Shown piece by piece: positions 34,003-41,431 of a DNA stretch of 64,000 nt. The position numbers and the translations under genes are program-made. How positions within the stretch are numbered: position 1 is the stretch's first letter; each line of letters starts with the position of its first letter. Under the pieces are notes generated by a model. That model was not told the DNA's origin. It did not search any database and worked only from the letters and a program-made list of their open reading frames with translations. The stretch comes from Patescibacteria group bacterium (GTDB lineage: Bacteria; Patescibacteriota; Patescibacteriia; 2-01-FULL-39-33). The stretch is from assembly GCA_041649575.1 (NCBI GenBank), contig JBAZMW010000002.1:148487-212486 (forward strand), given 5' to 3'.

Positions 34003-34968
34003 ATGAAGAAATCAAATCTGCCTATTCTCAGTCAGTTTTCGGACTTTCTGGCCTATTGCGAGGTAGAAAAAGGTCTTAGCCCCATTTCTACCAGAAATTA
34101 CCACAATTTTTTGAGAATGTTCGAAGGTTGGCTAAAAATCAAACATTTAACGCAGCTCAAGCCGCATGAGCTCACTCCAGAGCATGTCTGGGACTACCGG
34201 CTTTATCTTTCCCGTCGGCAAGACCGCTCTGGTCGCTATATCAAAAAAACCACTCAAAATTATTATTTAATCGCCCTTAGGAACCTTTTGAACTACTTCG
34301 CCGATAAAGATATTATCTCTTTGCCTTCAGAAAAAGTTAAATTACCAAAATTAACCGAAAAAGACAAAGCGATAAAGTTTCTAAAGTTTGATCAGATAGA
34401 AAAGTTATTACAGGTGCCGGATGTCACCACTCTTGAAGGCCTAAGGGACAGAACGATTCTCGAAATTCTCTTCTCTACTGGTATGCGGGTTTCGGAGTTA
34501 ACGTCGCTTAATATCAAACAGTTTGATCGCCTAGCTTTACTAAAAAATAATTTTTCTGATCAAGAGTTAAGCATCGCTGGTAAAGGTGGTAGAACAAGAA
34601 CGGTTTATTTTTCTCATCGAGCTTTGGGTTGGCTGGCTAGATACTTAAAAAACAGAAACGACCTCTATCCCCCGCTTTTTATTAACTATCGTCCCCATAA
34701 TGACAGAGATGACGAGCACCGTTTAACGCCTCGTTCGGTTGAAAGATTGGTAAAAAGACACACCGTGATGGCCGGGTTGCCTGTTGATGCCACGCCGCAC
34801 ACCCTGCGTCATAGCTATGCCACGGATTTATTGGATCAGGGAGCAGATTTGCGCAGTGTCCAGGAGCTTTTGGGGCATAAAAATATTGTTACCACTCAAA
34901 TTTATACTCACGTCACCAATCAAAAGCTTCGCTCCATTCATAAAAAATTTCATAGTGGCAATCATTGA
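34003..34968 (+). CDS. xerC: Tyrosine recombinase XerC/XerD family
   Basis: TPHTLRHSYATDLLDQGADLRSVQELLGHKNIVTTQIYTHV. Confidence 0.88.
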   Translation: MKKSNLPILSQFSDFLAYCEVEKGLSPISTRNYHNFLRMFEGWLKIKHLTQLKPHELTPEHVWDYRLYLSRRQDRSGRYIKKTTQNYYLIALRNLLNYFADKDIISLPSEKVKLPKLTEKDKAIKFLKFDQIEKLLQVPDVTTLEGLRDRTILEILFSTGMRVSELTSLNIKQFDRLALLKNNFSDQELSIAGKGGRTRTVYFSHRALGWLARYLKNRNDLYPPLFINYRPHNDRDDEHRLTPRSVERLVKRHTVMAGLPVDATPHTLRHSYATDLLDQGADLRSVQELLGHKNIVTTQIYTHVTNQKLRSIHKKFHSGNH

Positions 34969-34979
34969 AATAAAAACTA

Positions 34980-35006
34980 CGTCCCGATAACCGGGACGGA
35001 GTTTTT
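34980..35006. terminator. Bidirectional hairpin terminator
   Basis: CGTCCCG / CGGGACG stem with T-runs on both strands. Confidence 0.7.
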
Positions 35007-35029
35007 CAGAGAATAAAATCGTCTTTTGT

Positions 35030-35158
35030 TTATTCTTTCTCTTTGCAACCGCAGCCGCAACCGGCCCCGCAGGAACAGCAATGAAAACAAACCTCCGGCT
35101 CGCAGGAACAGCGGGTTTCTTCGTCTATGGGCATCTCGCATTTAGCGCATTTATCCAT
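35030..35158 (-). CDS. Cys-rich 42-aa ORF (11 Cys), metallothionein-like or peptide precursor; absent from the ORF track
   Basis: My translation is MDKCAKCEMPIDEETRCSCEPEVCFHCCSCGAGCGCGCKEKE. GC-rich. Possible promoter TTGCCT, 16-nt spacer, TATTAT. No SD. Confidence 0.4.
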   Translation of the reverse strand: MDKCAKCEMPIDEETRCSCEPEVCFHCCSCGAGCGCGCKEKE

Positions 35159-35197
35159 AAAATTTGGTTAATTATTTAATAATATCTAATTTCTAGT

Positions 35198-36451
35198 TTA
35201 AGGCAAGTAGGTCGAGGGGCTGACTGGGATGCCATTAGAGCGCACCTCGAAATGTAAATGGGGACCGGTAGAAAATCCCGTGTTGCCGCTGTAACCGATA
35301 ATTTGTCCTTTGGTGACATATTGATCACCTTTAACATTAATACTGCTTAAATGGCCATATAGAGTCGAGAGATTGTTGTTATGAATGATCATGACGTAGG
35401 TGCCATACCAGCGGGTGTTGGCGGCTACTTTGGCCACATAGCCGGATTCGGCCGCTTTTACTGGTGTGCCGATTTTGGCCGCTAGGTCGATTCCCGAATG
35501 TTCAAAGAGATTACGAAACGGGTAATCGGGATCATGAAAATAACAAGTAATCCGGGGATTGTTAATGGGCCAGATCAAAGCGGCTTCTCCCAGAGAATTA
35601 AATTTTTCCTGACTCCCCTTTTTTTCCAGCTCTTGTCGAATTTTTCTTTCCAAGGCGGCGATTTGATTATTGGCCGCCGTTTGTTCTTTTTTGAGATCGG
35701 TAATCAGGTTTTGAAATTTGACCTCCGATTTTTTGGTCTCGACAATCAGATACTGTTTGGCGCCCTTTTGTTCGCCCAGCGCCGTCTTTTCCTGTTCCAG
35801 CTTGTTTAGCAAGTCTGAAAGTTGATCGCGTTCGCCGTTTAATTTTTCTTTTTGCTTGTTCAAAGTTTCTACCAGTTCTTGCACGCGGTTCAGGGTTTTT
35901 TGTAAATCACCTTCTATATTTTCCAAAGCTTTTACCTGATCGAAAAATTCCGAAAAAGAATTGTTGCTTAGTAAAACAAAAAGATAATTTTTGTCGTCAT
36001 AATGATCGAGAGCGCGGATAAAAGCGGCCAGCCGTTCCTTGTCTTTATTGATCATCAGCTCATTTTCTTTGATTTTCAGGCCGATTTTTTCTATTTCCAG
36101 TTCGGTTGATTTAATCTCCTCTTCTTTGGCGGTGATGTCTAGTCCCATTTTGGCGATCTGATTATCCAAAATATAAACTTGATTTTTAAAGTTGGCCGCT
36201 TGGCCCTGGGCTTTTTTGATGCTGTCTTTGTGCTTGTTTATCTCCTCGGCTAATTTGTCTATTTTTTCCTGTTGGGCTTCAATTTGCTTGTTTAAATTGG
36301 CTATCAAAGCTTCATTAGAGCCGGAGTCGCCAGCTGTCTCTTGCGCTCGCCCTATTTCTCTGGACATCAAAAAAACACCGCCAAAAATAATTAACGGCAT
36401 CAAAATTGACGCTAAAATATGATATTTTAGCTTTTTCAGTTCGGCAAGCAT
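35198..36451 (-). CDS. M23 family metallopeptidase with an N-terminal coiled coil (EnvC-like)
   Basis: HSGIDLAA, YGHLS and GNTGFSTGPHLHFEVR, plus a long coiled-coil region. Confidence 0.88.
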   Translation of the reverse strand: MLAELKKLKYHILASILMPLIIFGGVFLMSREIGRAQETAGDSGSNEALIANLNKQIEAQQEKIDKLAEEINKHKDSIKKAQGQAANFKNQVYILDNQIAKMGLDITAKEEEIKSTELEIEKIGLKIKENELMINKDKERLAAFIRALDHYDDKNYLFVLLSNNSFSEFFDQVKALENIEGDLQKTLNRVQELVETLNKQKEKLNGERDQLSDLLNKLEQEKTALGEQKGAKQYLIVETKKSEVKFQNLITDLKKEQTAANNQIAALERKIRQELEKKGSQEKFNSLGEAALIWPINNPRITCYFHDPDYPFRNLFEHSGIDLAAKIGTPVKAAESGYVAKVAANTRWYGTYVMIIHNNNLSTLYGHLSSINVKGDQYVTKGQIIGYSGNTGFSTGPHLHFEVRSNGIPVSPSTYLP

Positions 36452-36500
36452 GGAAAGAAGATTATTTTAATCTTATTCTACAAGAATTATATAACAATTC

Positions 36501-36529
36501 TTGACAAAAATCAATCTCAAAGCTATTAT
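36501..36529 (+). promoter_or_regulatory. Promoter: TTGACA, 17-nt spacer, TATTAT
   Basis: TTGACA at 36501-36506 and TATTAT at 36524-36529. Confidence 0.55.
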
Positions 36530-36584
36530 TTTTATTAAGTTGTCCTTTGGCTTTTGGTGAAGTTTCAACAACGGAGGGAGAAAC

Positions 36585-36848
36585 ATGGGACTCGTCGCTC
36601 CTGACACTCGCGGCAACGCGTGCTGGCTGATTAAATGCAACAACTGCGGCCATCAGGCGGCTTGGGATGGCTCCAATGCCGAGCAAACCCTTAGCCTGGC
36701 CGAGAATGATGGTTGGACGGTAACTCGAGGCAAGGGCCCAGGTGAGGTGGTCGCTCTGTGCCCCGAATGCAGGAAGAAACAACAGAAAGTCACTCCAGCC
36801 GCCATTGTCAGCCTGATGGATTTCCGCCAAGCATTGCCCAGGCGGTGA
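36585..36848 (+). CDS. GC-rich small zinc-ribbon protein, 87 aa
   Basis: GGAGGGAGAAAC directly precedes the ATG. CNNC ... CPEC pair. Confidence 0.55.
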   Translation: MGLVAPDTRGNACWLIKCNNCGHQAAWDGSNAEQTLSLAENDGWTVTRGKGPGEVVALCPECRKKQQKVTPAAIVSLMDFRQALPRR

Positions 36849-36888
36849 GCCGCGGGAGGTTTCCGAGATTCCCAACGTCAAAGGTTTC

Positions 36889-36928
36889 AAGGCTTGGACC
36901 GAGCGCGGTTCAAGCCTTTTCTGTCTTT
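36889..36928 (+). terminator. Hairpin terminator overlapping the gltX 3' end
   Basis: AAGGCTTGGACC / GGTTCAAGCCTT stem followed by TTTTCTGTCTTT. Confidence 0.55.
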
Positions 36929-38418
36929 AAGCGCTCCAGCGCTTGCCTGATTCTTAGTAAACTTTTTTCTGGTCCCAAAATTTCCGCCACCTCAAACGGC
37001 GTTGGCGATTTTTCCATTCCCGTCAGCGCCACTCTCATCGGCCACAGCACTTCGCCGTTGGTCAGATTGTTTTTAGTGATAAAAGTTTTTAATTTATTTT
37101 CCAATACTCCCCTTTCCCAGTCGCTGGCAGAATATTTTTCCAACTCCTGCAAAGTTAATTGCAAATTTTTTTTAGCCGCTTCCGCGCTAGATTTTTTCCA
37201 GACCAGCAAGCTCGGGTTATAACTTAGCTCAGCGGTAAAGAAAAAATTTATCCTCCCCCCTACTTCGTTCAAGCGGCTAACCCTTTCTTGTTCTAGTTTT
37301 AGTATTTTTTCCAAATCCAAATCAGTTGGCATTTGACCGACATTCTTTTCCAAATACGGCTTGGCTAGTTGGGCAAATTTAGTATTGGTCAGTTTCTTAA
37401 GGTATTCGCCATTGAGCCAGTCTAGTTTGGCTAGATCAAAAATGGCTCCGGCCTTGTGCACCTTGGCCAGAGAAAAAGCCTGAATAAGTTCTGGCAGGAG
37501 AAAAATTTCTTGTTCAGTGCCCGGATTCCAACCCAAAAGCGCCACAAAATTTAGGAGCGCTTCCGGCAAATAGCCTTTGTCGCGGTAATCCTCCACCGCC
37601 ACGTCGCCTTGTCGTTTGGACAGTTTGCTGCGGTCGGCGTTTAAGATCAGAGGCAAATGGGCAAACAGCGGCGGCGTCCAGCCCAAAAATTTGTACAACA
37701 ATAAATGCTTTGGCGTCGAAGACAGCCACTCTTCGCCGCGAATGACATGGGAGATTTTCATCAGATGGTCGTCAACCACCGAAGCCAAGTGATAAGTCGG
37801 AAAGCCATCGGCTTTCAAGATCACTTGGTCGTCTATTTCCCGGCTACGAAATTTTATTTCGCCGCGAATCAAATCATTAAAAACCACTTCTTGATTTTCC
37901 GGCACCTTCATTCTGATGGTGTATTTTTCGCCGGCCGCCAACTTATTTTGCACTTCATCTGGCAACAGATGGCGGCAATGCCAATCATATCTGGTTGGCT
38001 GTTTGGCGGCCTCTTGCTGTCGGCGTAAATTTTCTAACCTTTCCTCACTGCAGAAGCAATAATAGGCCAAACCCTTATTTACTAGCTCGGAGGCGTATTT
38101 CTGATAGATTTCGAGCCTTTTAGACTGCGTGTAGGGCCCAAAATGGCCTTTTTCAACGGCTTTTCCGGCTTTATCGAGTATTACGCCCTCGTCGGGTTTT
38201 AGGCTCGCCCAAGCCAAATTTTTGAGCAAATTTTCTACCGCCCCCGGCACTTCCCTGGTTTGGTCGGTATCTTCGATTCTCAGCACAAAAGACCCTTTAT
38301 TTTGTTTGGCAAAAATATAGGCATAGAGCGCGGTGCGTAGTCCCCCGACATGCAAATAGCCAGTCGGACTCGGCGCAAAGCGGGTGCGGACCTTTAATTT
38401 GTTTAGAAAAGAAAACAT
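36910..38418 (-). CDS. gltX: Glutamate--tRNA ligase
   Basis: RFAPSPTGYLHVGGLRTALY (HIGH motif) and KLSKRQGD (KMSKS motif). Confidence 0.93.
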   Translation of the reverse strand: MFSFLNKLKVRTRFAPSPTGYLHVGGLRTALYAYIFAKQNKGSFVLRIEDTDQTREVPGAVENLLKNLAWASLKPDEGVILDKAGKAVEKGHFGPYTQSKRLEIYQKYASELVNKGLAYYCFCSEERLENLRRQQEAAKQPTRYDWHCRHLLPDEVQNKLAAGEKYTIRMKVPENQEVVFNDLIRGEIKFRSREIDDQVILKADGFPTYHLASVVDDHLMKISHVIRGEEWLSSTPKHLLLYKFLGWTPPLFAHLPLILNADRSKLSKRQGDVAVEDYRDKGYLPEALLNFVALLGWNPGTEQEIFLLPELIQAFSLAKVHKAGAIFDLAKLDWLNGEYLKKLTNTKFAQLAKPYLEKNVGQMPTDLDLEKILKLEQERVSRLNEVGGRINFFFTAELSYNPSLLVWKKSSAEAAKKNLQLTLQELEKYSASDWERGVLENKLKTFITKNNLTNGEVLWPMRVALTGMEKSPTPFEVAEILGPEKSLLRIRQALERLKTEKA

Positions 38419-38421
38419 AAA

Positions 38422-39291
38422 TTATTTTTTCTTTACCACCAGCCACCCAAATTTAATGGTGGCATTATAAATCCTACTTAACCGGCGCGGTTCTTGGATT
38501 AGCCGATATAGCCATTCTAACCCCAATCGCCTCAAAAATAAAGGCGCGCGTCTCACCTGTCCCGACAAAAAATCAAAAGTCCCGCCGACGCCAATCGCCA
38601 CTTTAATTTTTGGCACTTTGGCTAAGTTGTCTCTGATCCACTTCTCCTGCCTCACTTGCGGCAAGGCCACCAACAGAATATTGGCTTCGCTGGCATTAAT
38701 TTTTTCCAGCACCTGATTGTTGTTTTCAAATTGCCAACATTTGTTTTCTATGGGATCCCCACGGCCGGCTTCGCCGGCCTCGGGATGACATTGTAGAAGC
38801 GGCCCGCCTTGGTCAAAGCCAGCCACTTTGCCAATATATTTTTCTGCCACTTGTTTTGCCGCTCCTTCTTTTCCGCCCAGTAAATAAATTTTATAAATGT
38901 CATTGCGAGGGAGCGCGAGCGACCGTCCGCCTAGGCTCGGCGAGACTGGTGGCAATCCCGTGGGATCACCGCGTTGCCCGGTCATTTGACCGGGCTCCTC
39001 GGGATGACAACTTAGAAGTGCCTCTATTAGATCCACGCCCGTCACTCTCTCTAATTTTTCTTGTTTTAAAAATTTAGCCGCCCAAACCAGCCCAGCGCCA
39101 TCGCAGGTGGCCAAATCAGCATTATTTAAAATATTTCTGAAAACTTCGTCTTTTTGCGCCGCCACCACAAATTCCGGATTAATCGTCACCACCTGCCTTT
39201 GGCCTTCCGCTGTCAGCCATTTTTTAATTAACTTCAAGGCTTCTGGCAAATTGACCTGATCGATTTTTATTCCCAGTATTTCTATTTTCAT
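38422..39291 (-). CDS. WecB/TagA/CpsF-family glycosyltransferase carrying three in-frame repeat insertions
   Basis: VTINPEFVVAAQKD and DLATCDGAGLVWAAKF. 289 aa, versus about 240-250 aa that I recall as typical for the family. Confidence 0.85.
   Translation of the reverse strand: MKIEILGIKIDQVNLPEALKLIKKWLTAEGQRQVVTINPEFVVAAQKDEVFRNILNNADLATCDGAGLVWAAKFLKQEKLERVTGVDLIEALLSCHPEEPGQMTGQRGDPTGLPPVSPSLGGRSLALPRNDIYKIYLLGGKEGAAKQVAEKYIGKVAGFDQGGPLLQCHPEAGEAGRGDPIENKCWQFENNNQVLEKINASEANILLVALPQVRQEKWIRDNLAKVPKIKVAIGVGGTFDFLSGQVRRAPLFLRRLGLEWLYRLIQEPRRLSRIYNATIKFGWLVVKKK
38751..38799 (-). repeat. GC-rich CHPE-type element, copy a, in frame in the wecG-like gene
   Basis: Sense strand reads CTTCTACAATGTCATCCCGAGGCCGGCGAAGCCGGCCGTGGGGATCCCA and encodes LLQCHPEAGEAGRGDP. 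Confidence 0.7.
38898..38958 (-). repeat. Second copy of the ~60-nt pheT element, in frame in the wecG-like gene
   Basis: The reverse complement matches 25978-26037 except for a 1-nt indel plus a substitution near the 3' end. Encodes GLPPVSPSLGGRSLALPRND. Confidence 0.85.
38961..39017 (-). repeat. GC-rich CHPE-type element, copy b
   Basis: Sense strand reads CTTCTAAGTTGTCATCCCGAGGAGCCCGGTCAAATGACCGGGCAACGCGGTGATCCCA. Termini match copy a; the central hairpin has a different sequence. Confidence 0.7.
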
Positions 39292-39294
39292 AAG

Positions 39295-39984
39295 CTACTT
39301 TTTTAGATAATTCACGATGATTTTGGCCTGGCTCTGGTTTTCTTTGTCGTCCTTAAAAGACATCAGGCCAAAAATGTCGCCTTTCCAAAAGCCCAAATTA
39401 ATTTCATAATCTGCCAGATTTTCCTTAAACTCAAAGCCGCTTTCCTTCAGCTTGTTTTTGTAGTAGCCGGCCACCTCTTCTTTCGGCTGGCTTATCTGTT
39501 TCCAGGACAAAGAGGTTGTTTCCATTTTTTTCAGTTCCGGCGAGCTTAGGGCTTTTTTTAATTCCTCCGGCGTAAAACCGCGCGACAAGTCTATTTTATC
39601 GGCAAAACTTTGGCTTAATTTAGCTTTCAAATCATTGGATAAATAAGCCAAAGTCGGCTTAAGCAGCCAGTTTGGTAAAAGGCCCATGATTTTCAAAAGT
39701 TTTTCCTTGCCTTCTGGCGTCTGCAGTTCAATCTCGGCTTTTTCCGGCAGATAAATGGCCAGTTCTTCCGGGAAATCACCCGGCAACTGGTTGACTTTTT
39801 CCACCACCGGAGAGACCGCCAATCTGACAGCGGCAAAAAGAGTAATGAAGATAATTACCAACGCCAAAATTAAACAACCGAAAAATTTGATAAATTCTCG
39901 GCTTCTATTTTTTTCCGGATTGTTCAGGTTGAGTTCCTGCCAATTTTTCATTATTTCCTGGCTAATTTTATTATATTCTAGCAA
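39295..39984 (-). CDS. Membrane-anchored hypothetical protein
   Basis: One TM helix (FGCLILALVIIFITLFAAV). No recognised domain. Confidence 0.65.
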   Translation of the reverse strand: MLEYNKISQEIMKNWQELNLNNPEKNRSREFIKFFGCLILALVIIFITLFAAVRLAVSPVVEKVNQLPGDFPEELAIYLPEKAEIELQTPEGKEKLLKIMGLLPNWLLKPTLAYLSNDLKAKLSQSFADKIDLSRGFTPEELKKALSSPELKKMETTSLSWKQISQPKEEVAGYYKNKLKESGFEFKENLADYEINLGFWKGDIFGLMSFKDDKENQSQAKIIVNYLKK

Positions 39985-40026
39985 ATACCAGCCTTTTTTG
40001 CAAAAGTAAATCAGTCTTGTTATAAT
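39975..40026. promoter_or_regulatory. Divergent promoter pair sharing one palindromic -35 hexamer TTGCAA
   Basis: TTGCAA at 39998-40003. Plus strand: 17 nt to TATAAT (40021-40026). Minus strand: 17 nt to TAGAAT (reverse complement of 39975-39980). Confidence 0.5.
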
Positions 40027-40030
40027 AAAA

Positions 40031-40240
40031 GTGGTTCATTTCCTCGAGACCCGAACTGGTCATTTGGGTCTCACCGCTCCGGTGGGGAAGCGAAACCAGC
40101 GCCTTCGCTTCCCCTCTGGCTTAACCAAAGCACCTTGGTAGCACTTCCCGGGTCTACTGAAAGCCGCATCCAGGCAAGCATTAGACCCGTTCCCGCTGTG
40201 GCGGCCGATGGCATCAGTCATCAGCCGTCCTTTTTGTTTA
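40031..40240 (+). ncRNA. Candidate GC-rich structured RNA R1 (~210 nt, class unknown)
   Basis: Has its own promoter and terminator (40200-40240). Perfect stems at 40046-52/40066-72, 40084-94/40104-14 and 40150-56/40182-88. I found no SD-preceded ORF. Confidence 0.45.
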
Positions 40241-40289
40241 TCCACAGTTAAATATTTATAACCAAAGAAATCTTTGCTATAATAAAATC

Positions 40290-40622
40290 ACATTGGACAT
40301 GGGGCTTGTCAAATGGCCCTGCAACCAGTCCGAACGGAGAACGAGCCATGAGAACAAAGACAACGAAGCGAGCAGCAGTGGGCGTGATGGTCGATGGCAC
40401 CGGCGGAACAGCGTACTTGGCGACGTCCTGACCTAACGAGAACGGTCGGACTGGGCGTCAAAGAAGTTCTCCGAGACGCTTGACTCAACCCAAGCGTCTC
40501 GCCGCACCTTAACTCTCCTCGGAGAGTTGTGACTATAGGTTTTCACGCTTTGACAAAGCGTGGACATCCCCCTAAGGTGAGCAGTCGGTTGCTGACAGGT
40601 AGCCGACTCTCTTTTTGTTTTT
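40290..40622 (+). ncRNA. Candidate GC-rich structured RNA R2 (~330 nt, class unknown)
   Basis: Promoter TTTATA, 17-nt spacer, TATAAT (40255-40283). 9-bp long-range helix 40325-33/40446-54. Hairpins at 40473-40500, 40511-28 and 40544-62. Terminator at 40583-40622. Confidence 0.45.
40348..40431 (+). CDS. Possible 27-aa mini-ORF inside R2
   Basis: MRTKTTKRAAVGVMVDGTGGTAYLATS with GGAG 8 nt upstream. It is enclosed by the long-range helix. Coding status is uncertain. Confidence 0.2.
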   Translation: MRTKTTKRAAVGVMVDGTGGTAYLATS

Positions 40623-40767
40623 AAAAAATTTAGTTATCCACAGGTACTATTTATTTCTTTAAAAAATAGTTATATAATGAAAGTGCGGAAGGTATTTACG
40701 ATAGCGTACAACCGAAGCAGGCCATCGGCCAAACGATCGGCCAAACGAAAGAAAGGTGGGACGGAAG

Positions 40768-41259
40768 ATGAGAAAGTTCGTGTTTTGTACGGTAGTACTG
40801 GCGTTCGCGTTTGTGATGATTCCGGCGACGAATACTCCGGCATACGCGACGCAACTCGATCAAGGCAAGGCAGTGGCGACGGCTCCGACGACGATGGGGA
40901 CGACGCAGCAGGACGTGCAGACGGCGATGAAGAGCAACCTGGTCCTCGACGGCACCGGGCAGAAAGTCGCTGAAGTGATGAAGGCGCCGACTCTTGACTC
41001 CGGACGAGTGATTGCGCAGACGGCGACGACGAAGACGGCACGCGAAGAGCAGACGAAGATCACGGCGAAGAGTGACACGGTTGTAACGGCGAAGATCGAA
41101 GCGCAAGGCATGGGCGAGCAGATGGCAGCGGCTGGCGAAGATGACGCTGGCACGATCATCGTGGCGACGAAGAGTGACACCTATGCGACGAGAATCGAGG
41201 GCCGTATCGCTCACGACGCGGACGCGACCTTCAATGCGAACGTTCTGATCATCGGCTAA
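40768..41259 (+). CDS. GC-rich secreted Thr/Ala-rich protein, 163 aa
   Basis: AAGGTGGG SD. Signal peptide MRKFVFCTVVLAFAFVMIPATNTPAYA. Internal repeat CGAAGAGTGACAC at about 41069 and 41168. Confidence 0.6.
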   Translation: MRKFVFCTVVLAFAFVMIPATNTPAYATQLDQGKAVATAPTTMGTTQQDVQTAMKSNLVLDGTGQKVAEVMKAPTLDSGRVIAQTATTKTAREEQTKITAKSDTVVTAKIEAQGMGEQMAAAGEDDAGTIIVATKSDTYATRIEGRIAHDADATFNANVLIIG

Positions 41260-41349
41260 CCACGCGGGCAGCGCCGAAAGTCAGAACGAGTAGTACCTTG
41301 GATACACAACCGATACCGGCCAACAGTCGGATCGGCCACCTCCAGAGTT

Positions 41350-41388
41350 GGGTCAGCTGGCAACGGCGACCCTCTCTTTTTTTGTTTT
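41350..41388 (+). terminator. Intrinsic terminator
   Basis: GGGTC.GC / GC.GACCC stem followed by TCTCTTTTTTTGTTTT. Confidence 0.65.
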
Positions 41389-41396
41389 GAAAAAAT

Positions 41397-41425
41397 TTGC
41401 CAAAATTTTATAAATTTTTTATACT
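41397..41425 (+). promoter_or_regulatory. Promoter: TTGCCA, 17-nt spacer, TATACT
   Basis: TTGCCA at 41397-41402 and TATACT at 41420-41425. Confidence 0.5.
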
Positions 41426-41431
41426 ATAAGC

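Noticed and set aside
40670-41214. Minus-strand ORFs of 123 and 172 aa and the plus-strand 98-aa ORF overlapping the secreted-protein gene
   Set aside because: They are Arg/Ser-rich translations typical of off-frame GC-rich sequence. None has an SD. The chosen frame has an SD and a signal peptide.
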